Of a stretch of 64,000 nucleotides of DNA, positions 12,999-24,670 are shown piece by piece (within the stretch, counting starts at the first letter, position 1; the number at the start of each line of letters is the position of its first letter). This DNA is from Mustelus asterias (lineage: Eukaryota). Location: positions 744,001-808,000 of the forward strand of contig NW_027590186.1 of assembly GCF_964213995.1 (NCBI RefSeq), given 5' to 3'. Both the position numbers and the translations under genes were made by a program. The notes beneath the pieces are model-generated. The model was not told where the DNA came from, ran no database searches, and saw only the letters and a program-made list of their open reading frames with translations.

Positions 12999-14493
12999 TG
13001 TTAAATAAAGCTGCAAAGATTCATTGTTACTCAGGGCGAATTGAATCATATTCCTCATGTTTCCGTTAACAGTACCGTCTGGAACATTATTTTCATTAGG
13101 GGACTGATTCCATGTTGCTTTAGCAGAATGATTTAATAAGGTAGGCTCTTAGCATGACCGTCACATGCTGTCCAAACTGCCCATTCAATTCACTGACATA
13201 ACAACACCGATAATCTCCCCTGTACATTCCACAGATCGCTTCATATTCCAATTCAAGCAATATATCCAATGCTCAAGGAAATTTGTTGTTGAATCTTCAT
13301 CCAGACAATGCATTCCAGATCCCAGCTGTGTCAAGAATAATCCATTATTCTGTAGTTACGTGTGTAGTCTGGAGAATCTTTCCCAGTTTGGATGGGAGTG
13401 ATTTGGAGGTGAACCTCCAGGTCGTGGTGGTCCCAGGTATCTGCTGCTCTTATCCCCTAGACGGCAGTGTTTGTAGGTTTGGAAAGTGCTGCCTAAAGAG
13501 CCTTAGCGAGTTCCTGCATGTCTAAATGTTTGCCACTGTGCCACGTCTGCCAATGTGTGTATTTGTGGAATTGGTTGCCATCAACTGAATTGCTTTGTCC
13601 TAAATAGTGTCGAGCTTCTTGAGTGTTGTTGGAGCTTCATTCATTCAGTCAACGGGCCGCAGTAGCACAGTGGCATCTGGTCCGTCGTCTTGGAGGTTAG
13701 AGAACATCCGGTGCAGATCCAGGTAGCTTTTATAGGCGATTAAGCCTAATATCTTGGATCATGATAATATGTTCCATGCTGTGGCTGTACACTTTCCAAT
13801 AGTACTTGTTAAAGCACCACATGGTCGACTTTTTAGCATTGAATCACAGAAAATAGGAGCGGGAATAGATCATTCGGCCCTTAGAGCCTGCTCCATCATT
13901 CATTATGATCACGGCTGATCTTCTATTGCAATACTCCTTTCTCCCTACAACCCTTCACACTTTAGAGTCTAGAAATCTATCTATTTCATTTTTAAATATA
14001 TTCAGATACTTGGCCTCCGCAACTTCCTGAGGTGGAGAGTTACACAGCTTCTGAGTGAAGACATTTCTCATAAATGACCTATCACATATTTTGAAACGCT
14101 GACACTCTGTTCTAGACGCTCCACTCCCCCCCCCCCCCCCTCCGTCCACCGCCCCCCCCCCCCTCCCCAAACCCCGGAGCTAGAGGAAGCAACATTCCTG
14201 AATCCAGTCTGACCAGCCCTGTCAGGATTTGAAAAGTTTGAGTGATATTACAAAAATTTCATTCCACTTAGCAAACTTAAACCACATGAGATTTATGAGG
14301 AAGTGACTGTCCGGGTGTGATATTATCCGTACATTAGATGGATGGCCTTATTCTGTGTGGTAGAGTAACACTATGGTTCCATGGATTGTTGTCAGCAATG
14401 AATCTATTGGAGTTTGATGAAGGGGACAAACTGTGTGCAGTTCCTCTAGTTTGGGTTTCTTTTACAAATCTGGGGCTGACCCGCCTCACTGTG

Positions 14494-15249
14494 TTAACTG
14501 TGTACTCTAATAAGTAGCTGTTTCCTCCATCGTCAGAAACCTGACATCCAAAGCAAATATATTGTGTGCAAGCTCTTTGGAAACAGTGAATCGTCCTCGA
14601 GTCTCCCCACAGTATCAATGGAAGTCTTCATCATAGTAGGAAACTAGCCAGTCTGGCCTCTTTCAGGGACCATGACAGTACCAGTACAGCCAATAGCCAC
14701 TGAAGTCGAAGCCGCTGGTATTGCAGGTCAGGGACAGGGACTACACTGGGAACCACTTCTCTGCCTCTGGCTGCGTCAGAACTACTTCCGACTGGACACC
14801 TGTTAAAGTCAAAAAGACATCCATTATTGTGATGGGCGGATCGGTGGCACAGTGGTTTTTATTCCAGGCCTGAGTACTATCTGTGTGGAGTTTAGACGTT
14901 CTCCCCGTGCCTGCGTGGGTTTCCTTTGAATGCTCCAATTTCCTTCCACAGTCCAAAGATATGCACGCTAGGTGGATTTATCATGCTAACGTGTTCCTAA
15001 ATATCGGTAGATGTCTCGATTAGGTGATTAGCAGGGGTTACGGGGACATGGCAGAGTGGGCCTGAGTGCAAACTCAATGGTGAAATAGCCTCCTTCTCAC
15101 TGTAGGGATTCTATGATGATTCCTTCCCCTGTAACACACCATTGAAAGGTGAGGTTCTGCAAACACACACAGCAGGAATTTGGGGAAATGTCAAGCAGCT
15201 CACTGCAGAAGGAACCCTCCAATAGTCCGAGTAACATTGTTAACCTCAT
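14494..15249 (-). pseudogene. IgH-like (TAILV/VHdelta-like) V pseudogene. Leader 15204-15249, V exon 14494-14799
   Basis: Leader MRLTMLLGLLEGSFC(S). V reads VQSEVVLTQPEAEKWFPV*SLSLTCNTSGFDFSGYWLYWYCHGP*KRPDWLVSYYDEDFH*YCGETRGRFTVSKELAHNIFALDVRFLTMEETATY*STQL, with four in-frame stops and the second Cys lost. Heptamer CACAGTG 14487-93 with a degenerate nonamer. SINE in the leader intron. Confidence 0.88.
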
Positions 15250-16479
15250 GGTCAAGAACAGGAGGAACAAGCTGCATTTCAAACTGCTTGCTGTCGCTGC
15301 AAGTTGCTTTCAGTTATTGGTGTGTTGGGACACCAAGGTCCCTTTGCACAACAATAGCAGTTTCTGCAAGAACATACCCAGAATTTGCAACCGATAACAC
15401 ATTCATTAGAGCCAATAATAATTGTGTCTTTTTCTTAAAGCAGCAAGGGCCAAATATTGAATAATTCCAATGTCACAAATGTTCATTTTTGCAGCAAATT
15501 GTGATTACTGTCTCATTCATCTCGAGATTCGCCCCTTTCCTTAGCAATAGTGTCACTCAGTTAGAACAATAATATTCTAAGGGACAAAGTGCAACCGAAT
15601 GCACTAGCCCTGGTGAAATCAGAAAGGCTCTGGTCCTGGTGTGAGAGACCCCAAACACATTGGCTGCAGCTGGACTGTGAGCACAAGTGGAAATGGACAA
15701 TGGTCCAATTTCCCAGCACTTGGTCCGTAGCCTTGCATGCTATAGCGTTTCAAATGCTCATCTGAATGCTTCCTAAATGTGTTGAGGGGTTACCGCCTGT
15801 ACCACCCTTTCAAGCAGTCAGTTCCAGATTCCCACCACCCACTGGGTGAAAGTGTTTTGATCCCAAATCCACTCTAAATCTGCTGACCATTACCTTAAAT
15901 TTATGTCGCCTTGTTATTGACCTCTCCACGAAGGGGAAATGTCCCTTCCTATTCACAATATCTATATCCCTCCTAATTTTGTACACCTCAATCAGTTCCA
16001 CCCCCCTCCTCATTTTCTCTGCTGTAAGGAAAGTACCTCCAGACTAACCAGCCTCTCTTCATCGCTGAAACGCTCCAGCCCAGGCAGCATCCTTGTCAGC
16101 CTCCTCTGCACCCTCTCTGGTGTAATCACATCCTTCAAAGTCTCTCTTCATGTATAAAAGTCAGCGTGTACCCATCTCTTGTTCAGAACTGATCACACTG
16201 TGCCTTCCTGCTTATTTATTCATAAAGTTTATTTGTTAGTGTCACAAGTAGGCTTACATTAACACTGCAATGAAGTTACTATGAAAATCCCCTAGTTGCC
16301 ACATTGCGGCGCCTGTCCCGGGCACACTGAGGGAGAAGTTAGCATGGTCAAAGCACCCAACCAGTATGTCTTCTGGACAGTGGATGTAAACTGGAGCATC
16401 ACGAGGAAACCCATGCAGACACGATAGGAACGTGCAAACTCTGCACAGACTGTGACCCCAAGCCGTCCATCACCTGTAA

Positions 16480-16830
16480 ATCAGTCTCTGGTAACCATAC
16501 ATCCACTTTGCGTGCTAGTCCAGCAGTTGATGTGGCTGCTAATCTATCTAACTCTCTGGTGTCCATATATCTTTGTGTGTTAGTCAATCTGTCGATGAAA
16601 CTATCCACTAAACTGTCCAGTGACCATATATTTGTCTTCTTTAATTCATCAGTTCGCGTGTCTATAACTCTATCTACCTAACTGTCCAGTGACCATATAT
16701 CTGCTTTGTATGTGAATGCATCAATTCCTGTGTTTACCACTCTATTTATCTAGCTGTCTAGTGGCCATATATCTGTTTTGTGTGTTACTGAATCAGCTGA
16801 TGTGTCTAAGAATCTAATTCACATCTGTCT
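16480..16830. repeat. Degenerate tandem repeat of about 70 bp, 4-5 copies
   Basis: Recurrent TGTCCAGTGACCATATAT core near 16614, 16683 and 16755. Confidence 0.65.
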
Positions 16831-16973
16831 GCCTGTCCATCCCTGTGTTGGTGCTGCAATTCTACAACACCGACATTGGACAATGGGGCTACAAATCATG
16901 CCCAGCGTTCCCATTGCCTGGGAGAGGAACCTACAGTTTACGTAGAGGCTACTGCCTGGAATGTGCGAGTGTG

Positions 16974-18048
16974 TGTGTTTAAGATGCAGAAGTATTTCCT
17001 GGAGTCCTCAGCTGTCACCGGTGCAACTGTCAGACTGATGATTCTGTAAGTTTTGCTCAGGGAGGAGGAAAAGCGACGCCTGGAAAATGTGGCGCTGTCA
17101 CTGAAACCATCGGTGCAGCGGACGACAATATACTCGGGACTTCCCCCCATGGCTGGGTGGAGAGGTTCCCGGTACCAGACCAAGCAAGCTCTCTCCACCT
17201 CTGTGTATGAGCAGGTGATTGTCGTGGTGGCTCCCTGTTGGACCCTCACCTCTGCCTCCGGCTGGTGGATGACTGCGGATGCAGCCAGGCTACCTGAAGG
17301 ATAGAGAAAATTAGAATTAAGTGGAGGTTCCAGGCACTCTATCGATTTGAAACTGGGGAGCTGCGGGGGAGGGGGAGGATGGGGTGTGCCCAATGGAGGT
17401 TGGCCCCAGTTCCCACTGCCTTTTCTCACTACTGAAGCTTTTAAATAACTATTTGTAAAATTCCAATCATTAAATAAACTCAGTCACCAGTAATATTGCT
17501 GTGTACTTATCTCGAAAGATCAACATTAAATATAAGAATATAAAATAATTTATTGAAAGGAAATCAATGAGAATAACTAAATTAAGTTGATTTATCAGTG
17601 TCACAAGTGGGCTTACATTAACACTGCAATGAAGTTACTGTCGCCACGCTCCAGCGCCTGTTCTATTACACTGAGGGAGAGAATAGCACGGCCAATGCAC
17701 CTAATCAGCACATGTTTCGGACTGCAGGAGGAAAACATAGCACCCAGAGGAAACTCACGCAGACATGGGGGGAACGTGCAGACTCTGCACAGTGACCCAA
17801 GCCGGTAATCGAATCCGGGTCCCTGGCGCTGTGAGGCAGCAGTGCTAAACATTGTGCCAAAATGCCGCCCCTAATAATTAATTAAATCCAACCACTGCGA
17901 ATATTGCTCTACTTTTTCTCTAAAAGCAACATTAAATGTGGAAGAATAAAAGGCTTTCTTGAGAGGTAATCAATGCGAATGTGAAGTGTAACTCACCTGA
18001 TATGATTGCTGCTAGAATGAAAGCTTTTAACCCTCGTGGGTGATCCAT
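16974..18048 (-). CDS. TCR alpha/delta-like V gene with open frame but atypical features. Leader 17997-18048, V exon 16974-17293
   Basis: Leader MDHPRGLKAFILAAIIS(G) has a phase-1 GTGAGT donor. V exon SLAASAVIHQPEAEVRVQQGATTTITCSYTEVERACLVWYREPLHPAMGGSPEYIVVRCTDGFSDSATFSRRRFSSSLSKTYRIISLTVAPVTAEDSRKYFCILNT keeps C, WYR and EDSxxYFC. Degenerate RSS CACACTC-23-ACGTAAACT at 16935-16973. Confidence 0.8.
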
Positions 18049-18403
18049 CTGCAAGTTGTATTTGCAATGGGTAGAATAGTACAATATATCTTGACTCGCT
18101 TCTTTATAGTGAGGAACAGGCCTGAAGAGGAAGTGCAGTTATTAGGCTTCCACCGAAATAGGAACTATGAAGCCAGCTTGTTTGTACACGATGTATTACC
18201 AAAACATCTGTAACAAGAGTGGAGTCAATGGAGAATGCGACAATTAGGAGCAGCGTCTTAGACTGCGTTGTCACTGTGTCCACTGTAATGAAAGTGAGAC
18301 CGAACACATTGATACAGGTATTGGAATTGAGAGATAAGAGTGTGATAGAGGACAGTGAAACAGAGACACCAAGAGGTGGGGGGTGGACATTTTGTTGGCT
18401 TTC

Positions 18404-18417
18404 CTGCCACCTGATGG
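18404..18417 (-). promoter_or_regulatory. CTCF-like motif CCATCAGGTGGCAG upstream of the atypical V gene
   Basis: One mismatch to the core consensus, about 360 bp 5' of the leader ATG. Confidence 0.4.
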
Positions 18418-18794
18418 AAGAAATAAGAATTTCTCCATCAGCGATCTCCTGCTTTGCTTTGGAACACAGTAGTTACTTCTGAAATCTTTTCAGAAGGGCG
18501 TTGCAGAAACACGGCTGTGATCATTAAATAGCGGCACGGTGTAAAAGATTAATTGCAGCGAAAAGGCAAGACTCGCAAGAAGGCAGTCATACCCAAACAC
18601 AAGCACACAGACACAGATACACACAGAGTCTCTCACTTCCAGCAATCTCCCTCTGTTGGACCCTCTCTTTATTTCAAACAGACACACACTTCCAGCAATC
18701 TCCCTCTGTTGGACTCTCTTCTTATTTCACCTACATACTCACACACACACTCGGACGCACGCACGCACACACACACTATCTTGCATTTCAAGGT

Positions 18795-21700
18795 ATGGTA
18801 CCTTAACAAATGCTCTCTGAAAGTATAGATATACCATATCTACAGGATCCCCAGTGTCCACTTTGCTTGTTACATCTTCGAAGAACTCTAGCAAATTAGT
18901 CAAAACGATTTGCCCTTCGTAAAAGCATGCTGACCCTAATGGAATGCATTTTGGCATTCTAATTGTCCCGTTACTACAATCTTAAAAATGGATTCTAATA
19001 ACTTTAGAACGACAGGTGTCAAACTAGCTGGCGTCTGGTTTTATCCCTTATGTCTCCTTCCCGCTTTGAATATGGGCATTATATTATCTTTTTTCCAACC
19101 CACTGGAACCGTTCCCACATCCAGGAAATTTTGGACGATTATAACCAATGTGCCTACTATCACTTTCTTTAAGACCATAAGCTGTAGGCGATTCGGCCCT
19201 GGGGACTTGACTGTCTTCAATCCCAACTGTTTGCTTAACACTTTTTCACTATTGATCATGATTTTTCTCAGTTCCTTCCTTTCTATTACCTCTGCATTTC
19301 CTGTTGCTATTGCGATGGTGCTCGATTTGCCCAGCGTGATAACTGAGGCAAGCTATTGATTGAGAGTTTCCACCATTTCTATTTCCCCCACGATTAATTC
19401 CCTAGTCGAATCCTCCAAGGGTCCAACAATCACATTCGCTCCACTCTTCACTTTTAGATATTTAAGATGCTTTTGCAGTACTTCTTTAAATGTTGTGCGT
19501 GTTTTCTTTCATAATTTACCTTGGATCTTTTTGTTACTTTTCAGTAACCCATTGTTGATCATTACAAGTTTCCCAATCCTCCAGTCTGCCACAGGCCTTT
19601 GCAATATGATATGCATTGGCTTTTCTTTTCATGCTATCTTTAGTTTCCTTGCTGAGCCATGGATATTTCTCCCCCTCTTACTGTCTGTATTCCTCATGGG
19701 AATGTATTTTAGTTGGGAGGAATTAATTGTCCCCTTCAGCATTTGCCACTGATCATCAACTGTCCTGCCTTTTAGTCTTCTTTCCCAGTCCACTCGGGCC
19801 AATTTTGTCCTCATGTCTTCGTAGTTCCCTGTGTTTAGCTGCAGAAGTCTAGTGTGGGACTCGAGTTTCTCGTCCTCAAACTGAATTTGGAATTCTATCT
19901 AACTATGATCACTCTTGGCTAGAGGATCCTTAACTATTAGATCATTATTTAATCCCTGCTGATTACACAATGCCAAATCCAGAATAGTCTGCTCCCTATA
20001 GTAAAAAAATACTGCTGATGCTGGGATCTGAAAGAAACACAGAAAATGCTGCAAAACTCTCAGCAGATCTTACAGCATCTGTGGAGGGAGAATCGAACCA
20101 ATATTTCGAGTCAGGGTGACCCTTCCTCAGAGCAGAAGACAAGGAAAGTTGGACAAGATGTATACTGTGAGTCTGGGTTTTTTCTGGGGGTGGGGAACTA
20201 TAATTGAAACAAATAGCATAGACAGAACGACAAAGGGAATGTAAATGGTGATGATCAAGGCTGAGAATGTTGCTAAGAGCGTCCATTAAGAGATTGGAAT
20301 GTGTAAATGGCAGAACTGAAAGTGCACAGTCTATGAATGTGGCAGTTGTCCGTAGTGGAATGGGGAGAGGGATGGGTAGATGAAGTAAAATGAAAAGCGA
20401 TATTTTAGATGTTGATAAATAGAAGTAAAAGTAGAAAATGATAAAAAATGGACGAATGCGATGAAAAGAAGATGGCGTGGAGGTGGAGTAGAGAGTTCAT
20501 GCTCTGAAATTGTTGAACTCAATCCTCAGTCCAGAAGGCTGTAATTTGTCTAATCTGAAGATGAAGTGCTGTTCCTTCATTTTACGTTGGGCTTCACTGG
20601 AACATTGGAAGAGGGCAAGGATAGACGTGTGGATAGGAGAGCAGGGTGGTGTGTCGAAGCTGCAGGAAGATCTGGGTCCTGCTTGCGGACAGACCAGAAT
20701 TATTCTGCAAATCACTCTGCATTGTTCTCTACAATGTAGATTAGGCAGCATCGCGAGCAGCGAATGCCATAGACGAGATTAAAGAAGGTGCACGTGAAGC
20801 GCTCCTACACCGGGAAAGAGATTTTGGGGCCTAAGATGCTGAGGAGGGAGCAGAAGAAGGGGCAGGTATAGCATTTTCTATGGTAGCATGGAAAAGCGCC
20901 ACTGGCGGTGGGTGAGTTGCTAGGTGTGATGAAGAAGTGGAAAAGGGTGCCCCAGAGGGAATGATCCCTGTGAAATACTGGCAGGGGGGGGGGGGGGGGT
21001 TGAGGGGAAATTGGGTTGAAAGGTAACATTATGCAGGTGTTGGCAGAAATGGCGGAGGATGATTCTTTTAATGCGGAGGCGTGTGAGCTGGAAAGTGAGT
21101 ATAAAGCGGATCCTATCCTGGTTTTGGGAGGGAGGAGAGAGTGTGAGAGCAGTAGCCTGGGAGATGTGTGGGACACGGTTGAGAGCCTTGTCCACCACAT
21201 TGAGTGGAAAATCAAGATTGGTCTGCTCTTTCGTTGGTTCCACAACATATTTCTGCAAGAAGCAATCTCTAATACATTCAATGAACTTTCCCTCGAGGCT
21301 ACCCTTGCCAATTTGATAAATCCACTCTGCATGCATATTAAAATCATCCATGATTATTGACGTACCTTTCTTACAAGCCCCCAATATTTCCTCATTTATA
21401 CTATGCTTCACTGCCAAACGGCTGTTTGGGGACCTAAATATTACTGCAGCATCTCATTTCGTTTCTGTCTATCCGTCTGAAATATTAAGTACCCTTGGAT
21501 ATTCAATTCCCAAATCTTGTTTTGCTTGCAACCATGTCTCAGTAATCGCCATGAATTCATACACATTTCTCTAAATTTGTACAATTAACTCATTAATTGT
21601 ATTCCCAAAGTTTCGTGCAGTGAGGTACAAAGCCTTTAAGTTTGTTCTGTTATCAAATTTCCCTATTCTTGCACGATTTCCTGGTGTCCTATGATGTCCA

Positions 21701-23385
21701 CACGTTCTGTCCCTTCCTTTTATTTTCTGGTAACAATCAGTTTCATCGTTAACCTTCACTCCAACCTTCTCCTTTAACTTCGATATTTTTTAGTATTACA
21801 TGGAACTGAACACTGATTCCTCCTGACCCCACTATTTAGTTTAAAGCCCTATTTACAGCCCTAGTTATTCGCCAGCATGATTCAGATTGAGTCCGCACCG
21901 ATGCAACAGCTCCTTCCTGCACAAATACTGGTGCTAATATTCCATGAATTCGAACACATTTCTCCCACATGAAACTATGAGCCACACTGTTGGTTGGTTT
22001 TTCGAGGTGGTCAGATACCGTCAGAAATCTCAGACAATACAGGACCGACGAAGCCAGTGTCTCAGTTTAAAGACGTAACCTTTATTTTGACCAGCGGCCA
22101 CCAAGAGAAATAATTAAAGGGTCAGGGCAGCTCTGATACAGAGCATCTCGCCCTCTCCAATGAAATCTGACGTATGCAATTCAAATCAGGCCAATTATAG
22201 TTTTCCTTATTAATTACTCCCGCCTTTCATGAGCTTTAAATCAATCATCTTCAATATACTTAAACCAGCAATAATTTATGTTAGATACCTTTGCCAATCA
22301 CATCTTACCTTCTGGCAAAATGGCAGTTCCTTCGTCCTTAGAATTCAGATGCAAACTCCTGCCTTGGCTAACCCAGATTTCTGTATCCCATAGTAACCAG
22401 ACACCAGCCCCAAAGTTCAAAGGGCACGTTCCAATGAGTTCCTCTACAGGTCACTGCCAAACCAGATTAACACTTGACTCCACGTTTGGGCATGCATCCA
22501 TTTTATCTGGACAGTGAATATACCCTATTCATAAAATTTGTTTAAGTGTTCTGAATGTTCTTTCCATTCGAAGCTCTACTGATGAAACTTGCATATTCTC
22601 AAGGTTTTAATATTTTTTTAGAATATGACTTTGCCCTAATGCCCTATAACATAATGCTTCGCAGCATACTGCCTTTGGCTAAAGTGAACAATGATTCTTA
22701 AAAATATATTAATACATTCAAATCTTTAAATCATAATCACTTGTTTAAATCTCTTACTGCATTTCATATGTGTGCAAACTGCTTTCGTGTTACTTTATAA
22801 ATCTGTTTTAAAGTCATTTAACTTAATGCTGGTAGTTCTGTCAGTGTCCTAATTTCTAAATGTCTAAAAATCTTTACGAACATATTAGAATTTTTCCCGG
22901 TACACACACGTTTACCTCTTTAATCTCATTAATCGTGTCCCAGTTAGCTCATGGCTCAGATTTTAATCCAGAGATTATTACCTTTTTGGTTGTGATTTTG
23001 AGTTTAGAACTTGGCTATTCATCTTCCCTTAGCAGAATGTGTATCCTTGCTCTGCCTATGTCATTCGTACATACGTCAAAAATGACAACTGGATTTTCCC
23101 CCTCCCATTCCGAATTTCTCTGCAGTCCAGAGGAGGTGAACCGAAACCTGGCACCAGGGGGCAACACAATCTACAGGACTATCGCTCCTGGTCACAGAGA
23201 ACATTGTCTATGCCCATAACTATACGATCGCCGATAACGACTAGATTTCTCCTTCCTGCCCCACTTGAATGGCTCCCTGGCCCACGGTATTGTGGCCACT
23301 TCGCTCATCTGTCCTACAGTCCTCACCCTCGTCAACAGCAGGAGCAAGAATCTTGAACCTGTTGGACAAGGAGTAGGACAAAGTT
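18795..23385 (-). mobile_element. Old CR1 LINE with nested Penelope-like fragment (about 19997-21200) and solo LTR
   Basis: LTNLLEFFEDVT, KSPGPN, DDFNMH and LSNRF motifs. The nested piece encodes EQHFIFRL..LQPSGL.IEFNNF, resembling a Penelope GIY-YIG C-terminus. Confidence 0.7.
21988..22904 (-). mobile_element. Solo-LTR-like insertion (917 bp) nested in a CR1
   Basis: TGT...ACA termini, flanking direct repeat CACAC (21983-87 and 22905-09), and minus-strand AATAAA about 95 nt from the end. CR1-like sequence resumes on both sides. Confidence 0.7.
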
Positions 23386-23394
23386 TTCAGCACA

Positions 23395-23604
23395 TCTCTC
23401 TCCGTGTTCTGTATCACTGTGTCTGTAATCCTCACCATGTTTAGGTTTTTGTGCAGCTCCCTTCGTGTTCTGTATCACTGCGTCTGTAATCCTCACCATG
23501 TTTAGGTTTTTGTGCAGCTCTCTCTGTGTTCTGTATCACTGTGTCTGTAATCCTCACCATGTTCAGGTTTTTGTACAGCTCTCTCCGTGTTCTGTATCAC
23601 TGTG
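23395..23604 (-). repeat. 61-bp tandem repeat (about 3.5 units), each unit carrying a 23-RSS
   Basis: Heptamer/nonamer pairs, all with 23-nt spacers: 23598-604/23566-74 (CACAGTG/ACAAAAACC), 23537-43/23505-13 (perfect), 23476-82/23444-52 (CGCAGTG/perfect). Fourth heptamer 23415-21 has no good nonamer. Confidence 0.93.
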
Positions 23605-23910
23605 CTATGTGCCGACTCAGTCCACAGTAATAGACAGCCGAGTCGCTTAGTTGCAGTTTGGAGATCTTTAACCGGCTGATTTTCTGGACAGAATCGATAG
23701 AAGCAGAAATTCTCTCCCCGGCAGCGTTTTCTTTATTGCCCCCTCCTGAAGTGTGTTTCTGCAGCAAGTATTTCAGAGTCTGCCCTGGGGGCTGACTGTA
23801 CCAGTGTACTGTGTACTGACAGATTCCTGAATATTCACAGCTTAATGTAACCGTGTCATCGGCAGCAGAGATTTGGAGAGGCGGATTCTTGGATACAAGG
23901 GAAGAGAAAT
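23605..23910 (-). CDS. TCR delta variable exon of NAR-TCR 'supporting Vdelta' type, open frame
   Basis: A phase-1 acceptor (polyT...ctgcag) precedes DFSSLVSKNPPLQISAADDTVTLSCEYSGICQYTVHWYSQPPGQTLKYLLQKHTSGGGNKENAAGERISASIDSVQKISRLKISKLQLSDSAVYYCGLSRHI. Has C...WY.Q...LQLSDSAVYYC and an extra CDR1 Cys (YSGICQY). Lies 4.2 kb downstream of the NAR J in compatible splice phase, with a perfect 23-RSS. Confidence 0.9.
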
Positions 23911-24107
23911 CTGCAGGATTAGAAAAAAAAGAGTTTTGTTTAGGTTTTGCCATTTTTTAGTCGGAGATTGTGTCAGTCGCAGGAGTAGCTCAGTTTTATG
24001 CGGAGTTATTATTATTTTAATTCTAATGGAACGATATTGACTTACTCTATAAACCAGTGTACAATGAGGTGACATTTTATTTTGCACAAGTTCTAATGAT
24101 CTGTAAC

Positions 24108-24570
24108 GATGTTATTAAACTGGAGGGAGTGCAGAAGAGATTTACAAGGATGTTGCCAGGACTCAAGGGACTGAGTTATCGGGAGAGTTTGGACTTTTTC
24201 CTTTGGTGCGTAGGAGATAGAGGGGTGATCTTATAGAAGTGTATAAGATCATGACAGGCACGGATAGGGCTAATGAACTCAGTCTTATTTCCAGGGTTTG
24301 GGAGTCGAGAGCAAGAGGGAATAGGGAAAGAAGTAACCTGCAGAGCAACTTTTTTTTTACACAGAGGGTGATACGTATGTGGAATGAGCTGTCGGAGAAA
24401 GTGGTTGAGGCAGGGACATTGTCAACATTTAAAAGGCATTTGGACAGATACATGGATAGGAAAGGTTTAGAGGGATATCGGCCAAATGCAGGCGAATGGC
24501 AGAGCTTCGACGGACATTTTGATCGGCATGGATCAGTTTGGATCTGCCGTTAATTCTGTGAATCTATGAA
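24108..24570 (+). mobile_element. CR1 3' fragment just upstream of the Vdelta exon
   Basis: FFTQRVIRMWNEL motif and a 3' tail. Confidence 0.8.
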
Positions 24571-24633
24571 TACACTGTCAGCTTAGTAGGAGCTGGTTTA
24601 ACAATGAATTATGAATGAGCACTGATCACATAC

Positions 24634-24670
24634 CTGAACAGGAAAACAACAGGTTTTGGGGAAATTTCAT
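24634..24670 (-). other. Putative short leader exon for the supporting Vdelta (MKFPQNLLFSCS + G)
   Basis: GCCATG start, 37 nt, phase-1 donor CAG|GTATGT, in frame with the Vdelta exon. TATAAAT lies just upstream and two CRE-like TGACGCA motifs sit near 24830 and 24875. The hydrophobic core is short. Confidence 0.5.
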
